Assembly (NCBI GenBank): GCA_963805625.1
Contig: CAWDVE010000021.1
Coordinates: 338,024-402,023, forward strand
Source: an uncultured Candidatus Rokubacteria bacterium
GTDB lineage: Bacteria; Methylomirabilota; Methylomirabilia; Rokubacteriales; DASRDR01
Direction: 5' to 3'
Length of the DNA stretch: 64,000 bases
Shown: one piece after another, positions 51,454 through 64,000 of the stretch
Layout: each line of letters starts with the position of its first letter
Position numbering within the stretch: position 1 is the stretch's first letter
Notes under the pieces: model-generated
What the model saw: the letters and a program-made list of their open reading frames with translations, nothing else
The model's database searches: none
Told to the model about the DNA's origin: nothing
Made by a program: the position numbers and the translations under genes

Positions 51454-52020
51454 ATGGAGAAAACCGCGCTCCTCGTCATCGACGCCCAGCAGGAATACTT
51501 CGCGCCGATCGGGAAGGTCGTCCTCCCCGACGCCCCCCGCGCCGTCGAGCGCATCGCGCATCTCCTCGCCTGGGCTCGCGGCGCGGGCGTGCCGGTAGTG
51601 CACGTGGTGCACGAGAGCCGCCGGCCGAATCCCACGACGTTCGTGCCCGGCAGCCCGGCGCTCGAGATCCACCCGGCGGCCCGGCCGGCGGCCGGTGAGC
51701 CCGTCGTCACGAAGCACCTGCCCGGCTCGTTCACCAACACGGGCCTCGAGGAGCACCTTCGCCGTCACGGCATCGAGCAGATCATCGTCTCGGGCTTCAT
51801 GACCCAGATGTGCTGTGACACCACCGCGCGCGAGGCGGCGCATCGCGGGTTCAAGGTCCTCATGGCGGCCGACGCCATGGCCGCGATGCCCGTCAAGGGT
51901 CCCGACGGTGTCCTCGTCCCTCACGATCAGGTGCACCGGACGCACCTCGGGAGCCTGAACGGCTTCCTCGCGACCGTGACGACCTCGCCCGCCCTCACGG
52001 GCGGCGCGCCCGCCCGCTGA
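51454..52020 (+). CDS. Isochorismatase/cysteine hydrolase
   Basis: ALLVIDAQQEYF; K..PGSF; GFMTQMCCDTTAR. Confidence 0.9.
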   Translation: MEKTALLVIDAQQEYFAPIGKVVLPDAPRAVERIAHLLAWARGAGVPVVHVVHESRRPNPTTFVPGSPALEIHPAARPAAGEPVVTKHLPGSFTNTGLEEHLRRHGIEQIIVSGFMTQMCCDTTAREAAHRGFKVLMAADAMAAMPVKGPDGVLVPHDQVHRTHLGSLNGFLATVTTSPALTGGAPAR

Positions 52021-52036
52021 GACTCGCCGCGGCCCC

Positions 52037-52072
52037 AAAACGCCGAAAGCCGCCGGCGTTGCCGCCGACGGC
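52037..52072 (-). terminator. Intrinsic terminator downstream of tRNA-Asn
   Basis: GCCGTCGGCG-GCAA-CGCCGGCGGC followed by TTTCGGCGTTTT. Confidence 0.55.
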
Positions 52073-52083
52073 CCTCGCGCGAT

Positions 52084-52420
52084 TGGCTCCCCGGGCAGGA
52101 CTCGAACCTGCAACCTCGTGGTTACAAGGGCCCCCGCGTTTCCACGGGGCTTGGACTATCTCATCCCCGTAGGCGCCCGGCGGGCGCCCGTAGGGGGCGG
52201 GCACTTCCCCCGGCGCTCGACGGTCGAGCCCCGGAGTACGACCTCGCGGTCTAGTCTCTGCACGGTCCCCCAGGCTGCTCCCGCCCGAGGGCTTCGCTCA
52301 GGGTTCCCCTATCCTCCCGGACGTAGGGTTCCCTGAATTCGCCCGCTTTTCCATCCCGCCTTTCGGCCGGGACGCTGCCGACTCGACAGCCACTTGCTCT
52401 ACCGGTTGAGCTACCGGGGA
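52084..52420 (-). tRNA. tRNA-Asn(GTT) split by an intron: 5' exon 52420-52386 (35 nt), 3' exon 52124-52084 (41 nt)
   Basis: Joined exons give TCCCCGGTAGCTCAACCGGTAGAGCAAGTGGCTGT^TAACCACGAGGTTGCAGGTTCGAGTCCTGCCCGGGGAGCCA, a 76-nt cloverleaf with CCA. Confidence 0.93.
52125..52385 (-). ncRNA. Group I self-splicing intron (261 nt, IC3-like)
   Basis: 5' exon ends in U with a U.G pair in P1 (GCTGT^CG AGT CGGCAGC); P/Q AATTCAGGGAA...GGAACCCTGAGC; R CAGAGACTA; S GAGATAGTCC; GAAA loops; terminal G. Confidence 0.9.
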
Positions 52421-52467
52421 ATGCGCGCATTGTACCTCAGCCCCGCCAGCGGCGGAACTTCGGCCGC

Positions 52468-52755
52468 TCAGACGGGGACCAGCATCCAGAGCCCGGCGGA
52501 CGCGAGGAGGAGCCCCAGCCCGAGGAGGAGACTGCCCCACCCTGACTGGAGGCCCAGCGCTCCCCACGCGTACGCCATGCCGAGGACGCCGAGGCCGAGC
52601 AGCAGCGAGCCCAGGACGTTCCAGGCGCGCCACACGAACTGGGCCGTGTGTCGCCGGGCGAGGAGCCAGCCGAGAACGTGTGCCAGGGCGCCGATCAGGA
52701 CGACCCCGCCCAGGATGAACACGAGGGTCTCCGCGAACTCGACCACCACTCTCAT
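52468..52755 (-). CDS. Small membrane protein
   Basis: Three hydrophobic helices. Confidence 0.55.
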   Translation of the reverse strand: MRVVVEFAETLVFILGGVVLIGALAHVLGWLLARRHTAQFVWRAWNVLGSLLLGLGVLGMAYAWGALGLQSGWGSLLLGLGLLLASAGLWMLVPV

Positions 52756-52941
52756 CGTCCCGGATCCTCGCGCCTCGCTTCCTGGGCTGACCGCGCCGGC
52801 ACGTGCCGCGCCGCGCGAGTGTAGGCAGCACGCGCCGAGGGTGTCAACGCGGCAGGGTCCGCGGCGGAGCGCAGGAGGGCCGGGCCTCGCAGCGATGCTA
52901 CGATGAGCGTGTTGACGACGATCCGCGTAGGGGGTGACTCC

Positions 52942-53298
52942 ATGCTGAGACTGACGCATCGCTCACCGGGGGGGCACCTGGCGCTCCGCCTCGCGCTGGC
53001 CTCGTCCCTCGTCGCCGGCCTGACGGGGGGCGCCGCCGCCCAGGCGTCCAAGGGCACGGACCAGGTGGTGGAGGGCGCCAAGAAGGTGGGCAAGGGCGTC
53101 GAGGAGACCGCCAAGGGGATCGGCAAGACGGTCACCGAGGGCGCGAAGGAGGTGGGGCAGCGGGCGACGGCGGCCGGCAAGGAGGCCAAGCCCGCGGTCG
53201 ATCGGATGCACGACAGCGCCAAAGGCTTCGGGGAATCGCTCTGGGACGGGATGAAGTCCGCCGGCCGCTCCATCCAGCGCTTCTTCACCGGCAAGTAG
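52942..53298 (+). CDS. Secreted amphipathic-helix repeat protein
   Basis: Signal peptide AAA|Q; repeated EGAKKVG/ETAKGIG/EGAKEVG. Confidence 0.6.
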   Translation: MLRLTHRSPGGHLALRLALASSLVAGLTGGAAAQASKGTDQVVEGAKKVGKGVEETAKGIGKTVTEGAKEVGQRATAAGKEAKPAVDRMHDSAKGFGESLWDGMKSAGRSIQRFFTGK

Positions 53299-53319
53299 CA
53301 ACCGCCCGCCCGCGCCCCC

Positions 53320-53919
53320 TCACATGTCGCGGCGCCCTTCGAGGGCCCGCGAGAGGGTGACCTCGTCCGCGTACTCGAGGTCGCCCCCGACCGGCAGTCC
53401 GCGCGCGATGCGCGTGACGTGAACGCCGAGCGGTCTCAGCAGCTTCGCGAGATAGAGCGCGGTCGCGTCGCCCTCGACGTTCGGGTTCGTCGCCAGGATG
53501 ACCTCGCGAACGTGGTTCGTCTCGAGCCGGGCGAGGAGCTCCCGCACCTTGATCTCGTCCGGGCCGATGCCGTCGAGCGGGGAGAGCGCCCCGAGGAGCA
53601 CGTGGTAGCGCCCCCGGTACTCGCCCGTCCGCTCCATCGCCACCAGGTCGTTCGGCTCCTCCACGACGCAGAGCAGGCCCGCGTCCCGGGCGGGGTCATC
53701 GCAGATCCCGCACGGATCCTGGTCCGTCACGTTGAAGCAGCGTGAGCAGTGAACCACCCGCGCCTTCATGTCGACCAGCGAGTCCGCCAGGTCGTGAACG
53801 GTGGCGGCCGACTGCTTCAGCAGATGGAAGGCCAGGCGCTGGGCCGTCTTGGGGCCAATGCCGGGCAGGCGCTGGAGCGCCTCGATGAGCCGGGCCACGG
53901 CGGGAGGGTGTGCGGCCAC
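53320..53919 (-). CDS. recR: Recombination mediator RecR
   Basis: [13 protein letters not shown]; C4 zinc finger; [16 protein letters not shown]. Confidence 0.97.
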   Translation of the reverse strand: MAAHPPAVARLIEALQRLPGIGPKTAQRLAFHLLKQSAATVHDLADSLVDMKARVVHCSRCFNVTDQDPCGICDDPARDAGLLCVVEEPNDLVAMERTGEYRGRYHVLLGALSPLDGIGPDEIKVRELLARLETNHVREVILATNPNVEGDATALYLAKLLRPLGVHVTRIARGLPVGGDLEYADEVTLSRALEGRRDM

Positions 53920-53927
53920 GCGCCCGC

Positions 53928-54245
53928 TTACATGAGCCCGGGCAGCTTCCCGCCCAGTCCCCCGGTCACCCGAGCCATCTCGCTCGCCACCAGCTCGCGG
54001 GCCTTCCGGAGCGCCTCGTTCGCTGCGGCGAGAACCAGGTCCTCCAGCATCTGCGGATCGTCCGGCGTCACCACCTCGCGGTCGATCCGGATCGACACTA
54101 GCTCCTGGTTGCCGTTGGCCTCGACGACCACCATGCCCCCGCCCGCCGACGCCTCCACCTTCTTCTTGCCCACCTCTACCTTGAGGGCTTCCAGCTGAGC
54201 CTGGAGCTTCTGGGCTTCCTTGACGAGATTCCCGAATCCCTTCAT
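53928..54245 (-). CDS. ybaB: YbaB/EbfC nucleoid-associated protein
   Basis: ASAGGGMV; [12 protein letters not shown]. Confidence 0.95.
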   Translation of the reverse strand: MKGFGNLVKEAQKLQAQLEALKVEVGKKKVEASAGGGMVVVEANGNQELVSIRIDREVVTPDDPQMLEDLVLAAANEALRKARELVASEMARVTGGLGGKLPGLM

Positions 54246-56008
54246 GGGGCCTCCCCGCCGCCGGTCGCTGGCTCCACGGGCGCGCTCGCGCGCGGCCCGG
54301 GGGCGGCACGGACCTGGGTGATCTCTCCCTCGAACAACTCCATCGCCGCCTTGACCACGGGATGCGTGCCGGCGGGCACGCCACCCGGCGCGCCCCCGGC
54401 GGTGAACGCGACGTCCCGGAGCCCTGGCTGGAGCCGCCGGGCCGTTTCGAGCACGAGCTCCCTGTTCTCCGGCTTCTTGAGCTGATCATGCGCGAACGCG
54501 CTGCCGTTGGGCACCGAGACGGTGAGGCGCCCATCTTCATCCCCGACGACCACCCCTTCGGACAGGAGGTGTCCGAGCGTCGGCCGGACCCGGATGACCT
54601 CGGCGACGATGGCCGACCAGGTTTCCGCGGCACTCCGGGGCGCGGGCTGGCCCGGCGCACGCGCCAGGACCGGGGTGTCGCGGACCGGCGGCGCGGGCTC
54701 GCGGCTCACCCCGCCGCGCGGGGGTGGCGCCGGGGCGCGCTCGCCACCGCGCGGCACCGCAACCGGTCGGGAGAGCGCCGGCTCGGGCGGGGCGTCGAGG
54801 AGGTCCGACTGGACCGGGCCCGCGGGAACGGTGGGGCCGCCGTAGCCTCGGAGCCGGGCCTCGGCCCGCTCGAGCCGCTCGAGCACCGTCTCGATCAGCT
54901 CCGCACGGGGGCGGTGACACAGCCGCACGACGGCGATCTCGAGATCGACGCGCGGGTGCGGCGAGCGGCGCATCTCGGTATCGGCATCGAGGAGGCCACG
55001 CAGGAGCAGGAGGAGATCCGGCTCACCGGCGCCCGCCTCGGGCCCGAGCGCCCCGAGCCGGGCCGTCTCGTCCTGCGTCGCGTCCGGCCCCGGGGTTCCG
55101 GTCACCGCGACCAGGAGCGCCCGGCGCAGGACCTCCATCGTCTCCTCGCACAGGAGCGCCAGGTCGAGCCCCCCCGCCGCGGCATCGGCGATCCGCTGGA
55201 GCGCCTCCGGAGCCGCACGCCGGACGAGGGCACTGGCCAGGGCCCAGGCCGCCTCGGCACCGCCGCTGCCGAGAAGCTCCTCCACGGTCCGCGCGCCGAC
55301 ACGCCCCTCGCCGTACGCGAGCGCCGTGTCGAGGAGCGACAGGGCATCCCGGAGACTCCCGTCGGCCGCCCGCGCGAGGAGCCGGAGGGCATCGGGCTCC
55401 ACGGCATCGGCCGGCACCTTCTCCTCCTCGAGGATCCGCCGGAGCGCCTCACTGATCTCGGCGCCCGCGATCGGCCGGAAATCGAAGCGCTGGCAGCGCG
55501 AGAGGATCGTCGCGGGCAGGCGCCGCGCCTCCGTAGTGGCGAGCACGAAGACGACGTGGGCCGGGGGCTCCTCCAGGGTCTTCAGCAGCGCGTTGAAGGC
55601 CGGCTCCGTCAGCATGTGGACTTCGTCGATGATGTAGACCTTGCGCCGCCCGCGCGCCGGTGCGTAGCGCGCGTTGTCACGGAGCGTCCGCACCTCATCG
55701 ATGCCGCGATTCGAGGCGCCGTCGATCTCGAGCACGTCGAGCGCCCGGCCCGCGGCCACCTCACGGCAGGGCTCGCACGCGGCGCAGGGCACGGCGCCGC
55801 CGGTCCGCGGCCCCTCGCAGTTCAGGCCCATCGCGAGGAGGCGGGCCGTGGTCGTCTTGCCCACCCCCCGCGGGCCGGCGAACAGGTACGCGTGGGCGAT
55901 GCGCTCCTGCGCGAGCGCGTTCCGGAGCGTCCGGACGATCGGCGCCTGGCCGACGACCGCTTCGAAGGTGAGCGGGCGCCAGCGCCGCGCGAGGACCTGG
56001 TAGGTCAT
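54242..56008 (-). CDS. dnaX: DNA polymerase III subunit gamma/tau
   Basis: [10 protein letters not shown]; GPRGVGKTT; IIDEVHML; SRCQ. Confidence 0.97.
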   Translation of the reverse strand: MTYQVLARRWRPLTFEAVVGQAPIVRTLRNALAQERIAHAYLFAGPRGVGKTTTARLLAMGLNCEGPRTGGAVPCAACEPCREVAAGRALDVLEIDGASNRGIDEVRTLRDNARYAPARGRRKVYIIDEVHMLTEPAFNALLKTLEEPPAHVVFVLATTEARRLPATILSRCQRFDFRPIAGAEISEALRRILEEEKVPADAVEPDALRLLARAADGSLRDALSLLDTALAYGEGRVGARTVEELLGSGGAEAAWALASALVRRAAPEALQRIADAAAGGLDLALLCEETMEVLRRALLVAVTGTPGPDATQDETARLGALGPEAGAGEPDLLLLLRGLLDADTEMRRSPHPRVDLEIAVVRLCHRPRAELIETVLERLERAEARLRGYGGPTVPAGPVQSDLLDAPPEPALSRPVAVPRGGERAPAPPPRGGVSREPAPPVRDTPVLARAPGQPAPRSAAETWSAIVAEVIRVRPTLGHLLSEGVVVGDEDGRLTVSVPNGSAFAHDQLKKPENRELVLETARRLQPGLRDVAFTAGGAPGGVPAGTHPVVKAAMELFEGEITQVRAAPGPRASAPVEPATGGGEAP

Positions 56009-56052
56009 CGCGCGCCGGGCTCGGGAGACCCGGGCCCCCGGTTCAAAGAAAA

Positions 56053-56326
56053 GTGGCCGTGCACCCGCCGTCGATGACCGGCGTCCTGCGATCTCCCCGA
56101 AGAGACAGCTCCAGCCAGGGAATCCCACGGCACACGAGAGGGTCTGCGGACCGTTGCTCCCTTCCGGGCCTGGCGGGGTTGGCAGATTCTCGTCGCGTGG
56201 GGCCCAGCCTTCATCACCACTCCTCGGGGCTCAATTCAACACGCCGGCACCTTGGGCGGGGATTCAGCCTCGCTGGAGCGGATTGCGAGTACAGGGCACC
56301 GCTACCTCCCCGCCTAGCACGGCCAC
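56053..56326 (-). ncRNA. ffs: Large bacterial SRP RNA
   Basis: GCCGTGCTAGGCGGGGAGGTAGCGGTGCCCTGT 5' Alu region; CAGGCCCGGAAGGGAGCAAC helix 8; paired termini; upstream of dnaX. Confidence 0.92.
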
Positions 56327-56395
56327 ACTCGATCATGCTCGGCCCCACCGCGGCCCGGTGGGCGTCCCGCCCGCCATAGGGCGCCTGCCCAAGGA

Positions 56396-56489
<94 letters not shown>

Positions 56490-56535
56490 ATGGCCTTGGA
56501 TGTCGCGCGCTCAGCCACGCCCCGTGGCGAAAAAA

Positions 56536-56629
56536 TGGCGGAGGGGGTGGGATTCGAACCCACGTGGGGGCTCATCACCCCCAACTCGATTTCGAGTCGA
56601 GCCCGGTGCGACCACTTCGGTACCCCTCC
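56536..56629 (-). tRNA. tRNA-Ser(CGA)
   Basis: CTCGA-CTCGAAA-TCGAG anticodon arm, long variable arm, CCA. Confidence 0.95.
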
Positions 56630-57057
56630 GCACGTCGCGTCCGAAAGAACGTCTGCATCAGCTCGGCCGCCTCGGCGGCGAGCACGCCGCCGGTGACGCG
56701 CACCCGGTGGTTCCACGCGGGCTCGTCGAGGATCCTGCCACGGCTGACGATCGCTCCGGCCTTGTCGTCCGGCGCGCCGAAGACCAGCTCCGCGATCCGC
56801 GCGTGAAGGCACGCGCCCGCGCACATTACGCACGGCTCGACGGTGACGTAGAGCATCGCGCCCATCAGCCGGTAGTTTCCGACGTGACGGCCGGCGGCAC
56901 GCAGCGCCTCGACTTCGGCGTGCGCCGTCGGATCCGACGTGGCCACAGGGCGGTTGTGCCCCCGCCCGACCACTGCGCCGTCGACGACCACCACCGCGCC
57001 CACCGGCACCTCCCCGGCCGCAGCGGCCCACCGTGCCTCCTCGAGCGCGACCTGCAT
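56575..57057 (-). CDS. tadA: tRNA adenosine(34) deaminase (alternative start 57159)
   Basis: GEVPVGA; DPTAHAE; EPCVMC; FFRTRR. Confidence 0.93.
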   Translation of the reverse strand: MQVALEEARWAAAAGEVPVGAVVVVDGAVVGRGHNRPVATSDPTAHAEVEALRAAGRHVGNYRLMGAMLYVTVEPCVMCAGACLHARIAELVFGAPDDKAGAIVSRGRILDEPAWNHRVRVTGGVLAAEAAELMQTFFRTRRAEGYRSGRTGLDSKSSWG

Positions 57058-57212
57058 GAACGGCTCGTGGACACCCTGGGCCGCGCCCGAGGGGGGCGGC
57101 TGACTCAGCGGGACGGGACCCGGCAACCCGTGCTCTCTGAGTGTATCGCCGCAGGACATGGTGGCCAAGTATACTCGCGGTCGTGGGCCCTCGGGTGTGA
57201 GCGCGTCAGGGG

Positions 57213-57289
57213 TGGTGCGCCCAGCAGGATTCGAACCTGCGACCTTCGGATTCGTAGTCCGACGCTCTATCCAACTGAGCTATGGGCGC
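57213..57289 (-). tRNA. tRNA-Arg(ACG)
   Basis: TCGGA-CTACGAA-TCCGA anticodon arm, CCA. Confidence 0.96.
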
Positions 57290-57308
57290 GCCCAACCGCT
57301 CGGAGGAA

Positions 57309-57402
57309 TGGCGGAGAGGCCGGGATTCGAACCCGGGACCAGGCTCAACACCCGGTAACCGCTTAGCAGGCGGTTGCCATCGGCCGACTCGGCCACCTCT
57401 CC
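57309..57402 (-). tRNA. tRNA-Ser(GCT)
   Basis: ACCGC-CTGCTAA-GCGGT anticodon arm, long variable arm, CCA. Confidence 0.95.
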
Positions 57403-57469
57403 GTGCGCAGCGCTTCATCTTCCCGGTGGGCCGAACCTTTGTCAACTCAGCGGGCTGCCATGGGACGAA

Positions 57470-57558
57470 TGGCGGAGGGGGAGGGATTCGAACCCCCGAG
57501 GGCTTGCGCCCATACCGGTTTTCAAGACCGGCGCCTTCAACCGCTCGGCCACCCCTCC
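57470..57558 (-). tRNA. tRNA-Ser(TGA)
   Basis: CCGGT-CTTGAAA-ACCGG anticodon arm, long variable arm, CCA. Confidence 0.95.
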
Positions 57559-57943
57559 GGTGTCGGGATTCCGCGTACTTCCCTGAGGCCGCGCTTCGAG
57601 TATAGCGTCATGTGCCCTTGGCCGCAGCGGTGGGGGTAAAGGTCAAGCCGTCGAGTCGAGCGACGGCCCCCCGGAGGTGGGTCGGAGACAGGTGGGCGTA
57701 GCGGAGGGTCATGGTCAGAGTGGTAGGCGGCCGTGGACGCGCAGACCCAGGGCGTGTGCCGCCGTGGCTTGGGCACCCGGCCTGCCACGATCCCCAAGCA
57801 CTTCGACGGCAGCTCCCCCACGCCGGGCGACGAGAACCTCACCGCGGCCGCGGCGCGAGCCCTGACGATTGACGGCCGGCCGCACTGGCCTCTGCAGCCT
57901 GTCGGGAGCTACTCCTGTTCTTGGAAGAGACCGCCCCGCCGCG

Positions 57944-58192
57944 TTACCGCTTGACCCCGACTCGTCGCTTCAACTGCTCAAGAGAGCGCGTGGGTTGGCG
58001 TCGCCGCGCGCGGATGAGCCTCCAGAACTTCGGGTCTGTTTGGACCACGACCGCGTCCCAATCCTCGCCCTGGACGCCGACCAGCACGGCCGCCGGCTTA
58101 CCGTGGCGCGTGACGATCACGCGGTCTCGCTGGGCGTCGTCCACACATGCCTTCACCCGCTTCTGGAGGTCGCGCACGGTCACCGTCTTCAC
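57944..58192 (-). CDS. Phd/YefM family antitoxin
   Basis: MKTVTVRDLQ...VIVTRHGKPAAVLV. Confidence 0.85.
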   Translation of the reverse strand: MKTVTVRDLQKRVKACVDDAQRDRVIVTRHGKPAAVLVGVQGEDWDAVVVQTDPKFWRLIRARRRQPTRSLEQLKRRVGVKR

Positions 58193-58302
58193 AGGATGTC
58201 CTCCGTCCTCTTCCCCGCGCGCTTGAGCCGGATCGCGCGGACGTAGACGACGCCTTCCTCGGGAGCGACGTCGTAGAACACCCGATGGGCTCCGACTCTC
58301 AG
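58189..58302 (-). pseudogene. C-terminal half of a RelE/ParE toxin
   Basis: LRVGAHRVFYDVAPEEGVVYVRAIRLK...EDIL*; GTGA overlap with the antitoxin; no start. Confidence 0.75.
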
Positions 58303-58303
58303 T

Positions 58304-58405
58304 TTAGAAGACGAGCACGACCGGCTTCTTGCCACGGTAGTCGGCCAGCGCGACCGCTCGGCCGGCGGCGGATACAGGTGCGCCGACCGTATGCTGCGCG
58401 GGCAT
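58304..58405 (-). pseudogene. N-terminal remnant of an AhpC/TSA redoxin
   Basis: GRAVALADYRGKKPVVLVF*; stops just before the expected active-site motif. Confidence 0.55.
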
Positions 58406-58470
58406 GGCCGTCAAGCCGTGCGAGCCCAGCCGTACGAGCCCGGCCGCGCTCGGTCGGCGCCGGCGCGCGC

Positions 58471-59752
<1,282 letters not shown>

Positions 59753-59760
<8 letters not shown>

Positions 59761-62182
59761 CGTTGCCCCGCTCGCCCTCCACCCGCGCCAGGCTCACGAC
59801 GCGATCGTCCGCCTCGACGTCGATCACGCGGACGCCCCAGGTGTTGCGTCCCTGGGAGGACACGTCCTGGGCGGCGAAGCGGATCAGCTTCCCCTTGGTC
59901 GTCACGATCAGGATGTCGTCGCCTTCGCGCACCTGGATGAGGCCGATCACGAGCCCGTTGCGGCCGCCCGTCTTGATGTCGATGATTCCCTTGCCGCTCC
60001 GCCCCTGGAGCCGGTACTCCTCGAGCGGGGTCTGCTTGCCGTAGCCCCGATCGGTCACTGTGAGGATGGCGGCCCCCGCCAGCACCACCTCGGCCGCGAT
60101 GACGGTGTCCTCCGCGTCGACGTCGATGCCCTTGACGCCAGCGGCGGCGCGGCCCATCGGACGCACCTCCTCCTCGCTGAACCGGATGGCCATCCCCTGC
60201 CGGGTCGCCAGCAAGACCTCGCGCTGGCCGTCCGTCAGCCGCACGGCCATGACCTCGTCTCCCTCGTCGAGCGTGATCGCGCGGATCCCGCCCCGCTGGG
60301 GCCGCGAATACGCGGCCAGCTCGGTCTTCTTCACCCGGCCCTGGCGCGTCGCGAAGAACACGTAGCCGCCGGTCGTGAAGTCCCGCACGGCCACCGTGGC
60401 GGCCACCCGCTCCCGCTCTGCGAGGTGCAGCAGATTGACGAGCGCCTTGCCGCGCGCGTCGCGCTTCGCCTCCGGGATCTCATGCACCTTCAGCCAGTGG
60501 ACCTTGCCGTCGTTCGTGAAGAACAGGAGATAGGCGTGCGTCGAGGCGATGTAGACGTCCTCGACGACGTCCTCCTCCTTGGTCTCCATGCCCGTCACGC
60601 CCTTGCCGCCCCGGCGCTGGCTCCGGTACGCCTCGATCGCGGTCCGCTTGATGTAGCCCGAGCGGGTGACCGTGACCACCATCTCCTCGTCGGCGATGAG
60701 GTCCTCGAGCGTGAGCTCGACCGTCTCCTCGACGATCTCGGTCCGGCGCTCGTCGGCGTACTCCGTCCGGAGGGCGACCAGCTCCTCCTTGATGATCTGC
60801 CGCACGAGGGCGTCGGAGCCGAGGATCGCCCGCAGCCGCTCGATGAGCTGGAGCACCTCGGTGTGCTCCTGGACCACCTTCTCGCGCTCGAGCTGCGTCA
60901 GGCGCTGGAGCCGCATGTCCAGGATGGCCTTCGCCTGGATCTCGCTCAGCTCGAGCTGGCTCATCAACGCCTGTCGGGCGGCGTCGACGCTCTCCGCGCC
61001 CCGGATGAGGCGGATCACCAGGTCGAGGTGCTCGAGCGCCTTCCGGAGGCCTTCCAGGATGTGCGCACGCTCCTCGGCGCGCGCGAGGTCGTAGCGGGTG
61101 CGCCGGACCACGACCTCCCGCCGGAAGTCGATGAAGTGGTCGAGCATCTCCCGGAGCGTGACCACCTGCGGCCGCCGCCCGATGAGGGCCAGCATGTTGA
61201 CCCCGAACGTCGACTGCATCGCGGTGTGCTTGTAGAGCTGGTTGAGGACGATCTGCGCGATCTCCCCCTTCCCGAGCTCCAGCACCATACGGATGCCGTG
61301 CCGGTCCGACTCGTCGCGGATCTCGGAGAGGCCGTCGAGCTTCCCCTCGCGCGAGAGCTCGGCGATCTTGGTCATCAGCGAGGCCTTGTTGACCTGATAC
61401 GGGAGCTCGGTCACCACGATGGCTTCGCGCCCGCCGCGGAGCTTCTCGGTGTGCGCCCGGGCCCGCATCGTGATGATGCCGCGCCCGGTCGTGAACGCAT
61501 CCCGGATGCCCGCGGTGCCGTAGATGTACCCGCGGGTCGGAAAGTCCGGGCCCTTGACGGCCTGGAGCAGCTCCTCGACCGTCGCCGCCGGGTTTTCGAG
61601 CACGAGGACGAGCCCGTCGACGATCTCGCCAAGGTTGTGCGGAGGGATGTTCGTCGCCATGCCGACCGCGATACCGGACGAGCCGTTGACCAGAAGGTTT
61701 GGCAGGCGCGCCGGCAGGACCACGGGCTCCTGCTGCGTCTCGTCGTAGTTCGGGACGAAGTCGACGGTGTCCCGGTCGATGTCCGCCAGCATCTCCTGCG
61801 CGATCTTCGCGAGCCGCACCTCGGTGTAGCGGATCGCCGCCGGCGGGTCCCCGTCGATCGAGCCGAAGTTCCCCTGGCCGTCGACGAGCGGGTACCGCAG
61901 GGAGAACTCCTGCGCCATCCGCACGAGGGCCTCGTAGACGGGCGCCTCGCCGTGGGGATGGAACTTGCCGAGCGTGTCGCCGACGACGCGGGCCGACTTC
62001 CGATACCCGCGGTTCCACGCCAGGCCCATCTCGTGCATCGCGTAGAGCACGCGGCGATGCACCGGCTTGAGGCCGTCGCGAATGTCGGGGAGGGCCCGCC
62101 CGATGATGACGGACATGGCGTAGTCGAGATACGACCGCCGCATCTCGTCTTCAATCGGGATCGCCAGCTGGCGTTCAGGCAT
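59753..62182 (-). CDS. gyrA: DNA gyrase subunit A
   Basis: [10 protein letters not shown]; FHPHG; AAIRYTE; GyrA-box QRRGGKG. Confidence 0.98.
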
Positions 62183-62234
62183 CAGGCACTCCTGCAAGGC
62201 CCCCGCGCGCGGCCCGGGCCGGGCCGCACGGGGA

Positions 62235-64000
<1,766 letters not shown>

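Noticed and set aside
52125-52385. Homing endonuclease or integrated element in tRNA-Asn
   Set aside because: Only 261 nt, largely accounted for by ribozyme helices; no att duplication or integrase.
54242-56008. dnaX programmed frameshift site
   Set aside because: No A6G or poly-A slippery run visible.
57470-57558. tRNA with TGA in the anticodon loop as tRNA-Sec
   Set aside because: Anticodon TGA reads UCA (Ser); tRNA-Sec needs anticodon TCA and an extended acceptor stem. No selC seen in this window.

Overview
Very GC-rich bacterial chromosomal segment; gene content and style suggest Ca. Rokubacteria/Methylomirabilota (inference, not tested). The left third (1-23 kb) is accessory and full of gene remnants. 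It starts with a putative peptide-maturation operon (PqqD/RRE-Tat-like-14-Cys fusion, MauE-2x thioredoxin fusion, HPr-kinase-like P-loop protein running off the window edge), then a sugar-type ABC transporter, TetR, fur-katG, tpx, an orphan DGQHR protein and greA. The middle carries ppiD, an NCS2 permease, trmI, gcdH, an HD hydrolase and a polysaccharide cluster (rmlA, wcaJ, 4 GT4, flippase), then a rhodanese-MoeB with an in-frame UGA plus SECIS-like hairpin (probable selenoprotein), an HtrA protease, moaB, glcDEF and an acyl-CoA/D-aminoacylase cluster. The right end is core: tRNA-Asn(GTT) split by a 261-nt group I intron inside the anticodon (35/36), recR-ybaB-dnaX, large SRP RNA, all four tRNA-Ser, tRNA-Arg(ACG), tadA, an orphaned antitoxin, serS, gyrA and gyrB (partial). 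Family calls come from recognised motifs, not database searches.
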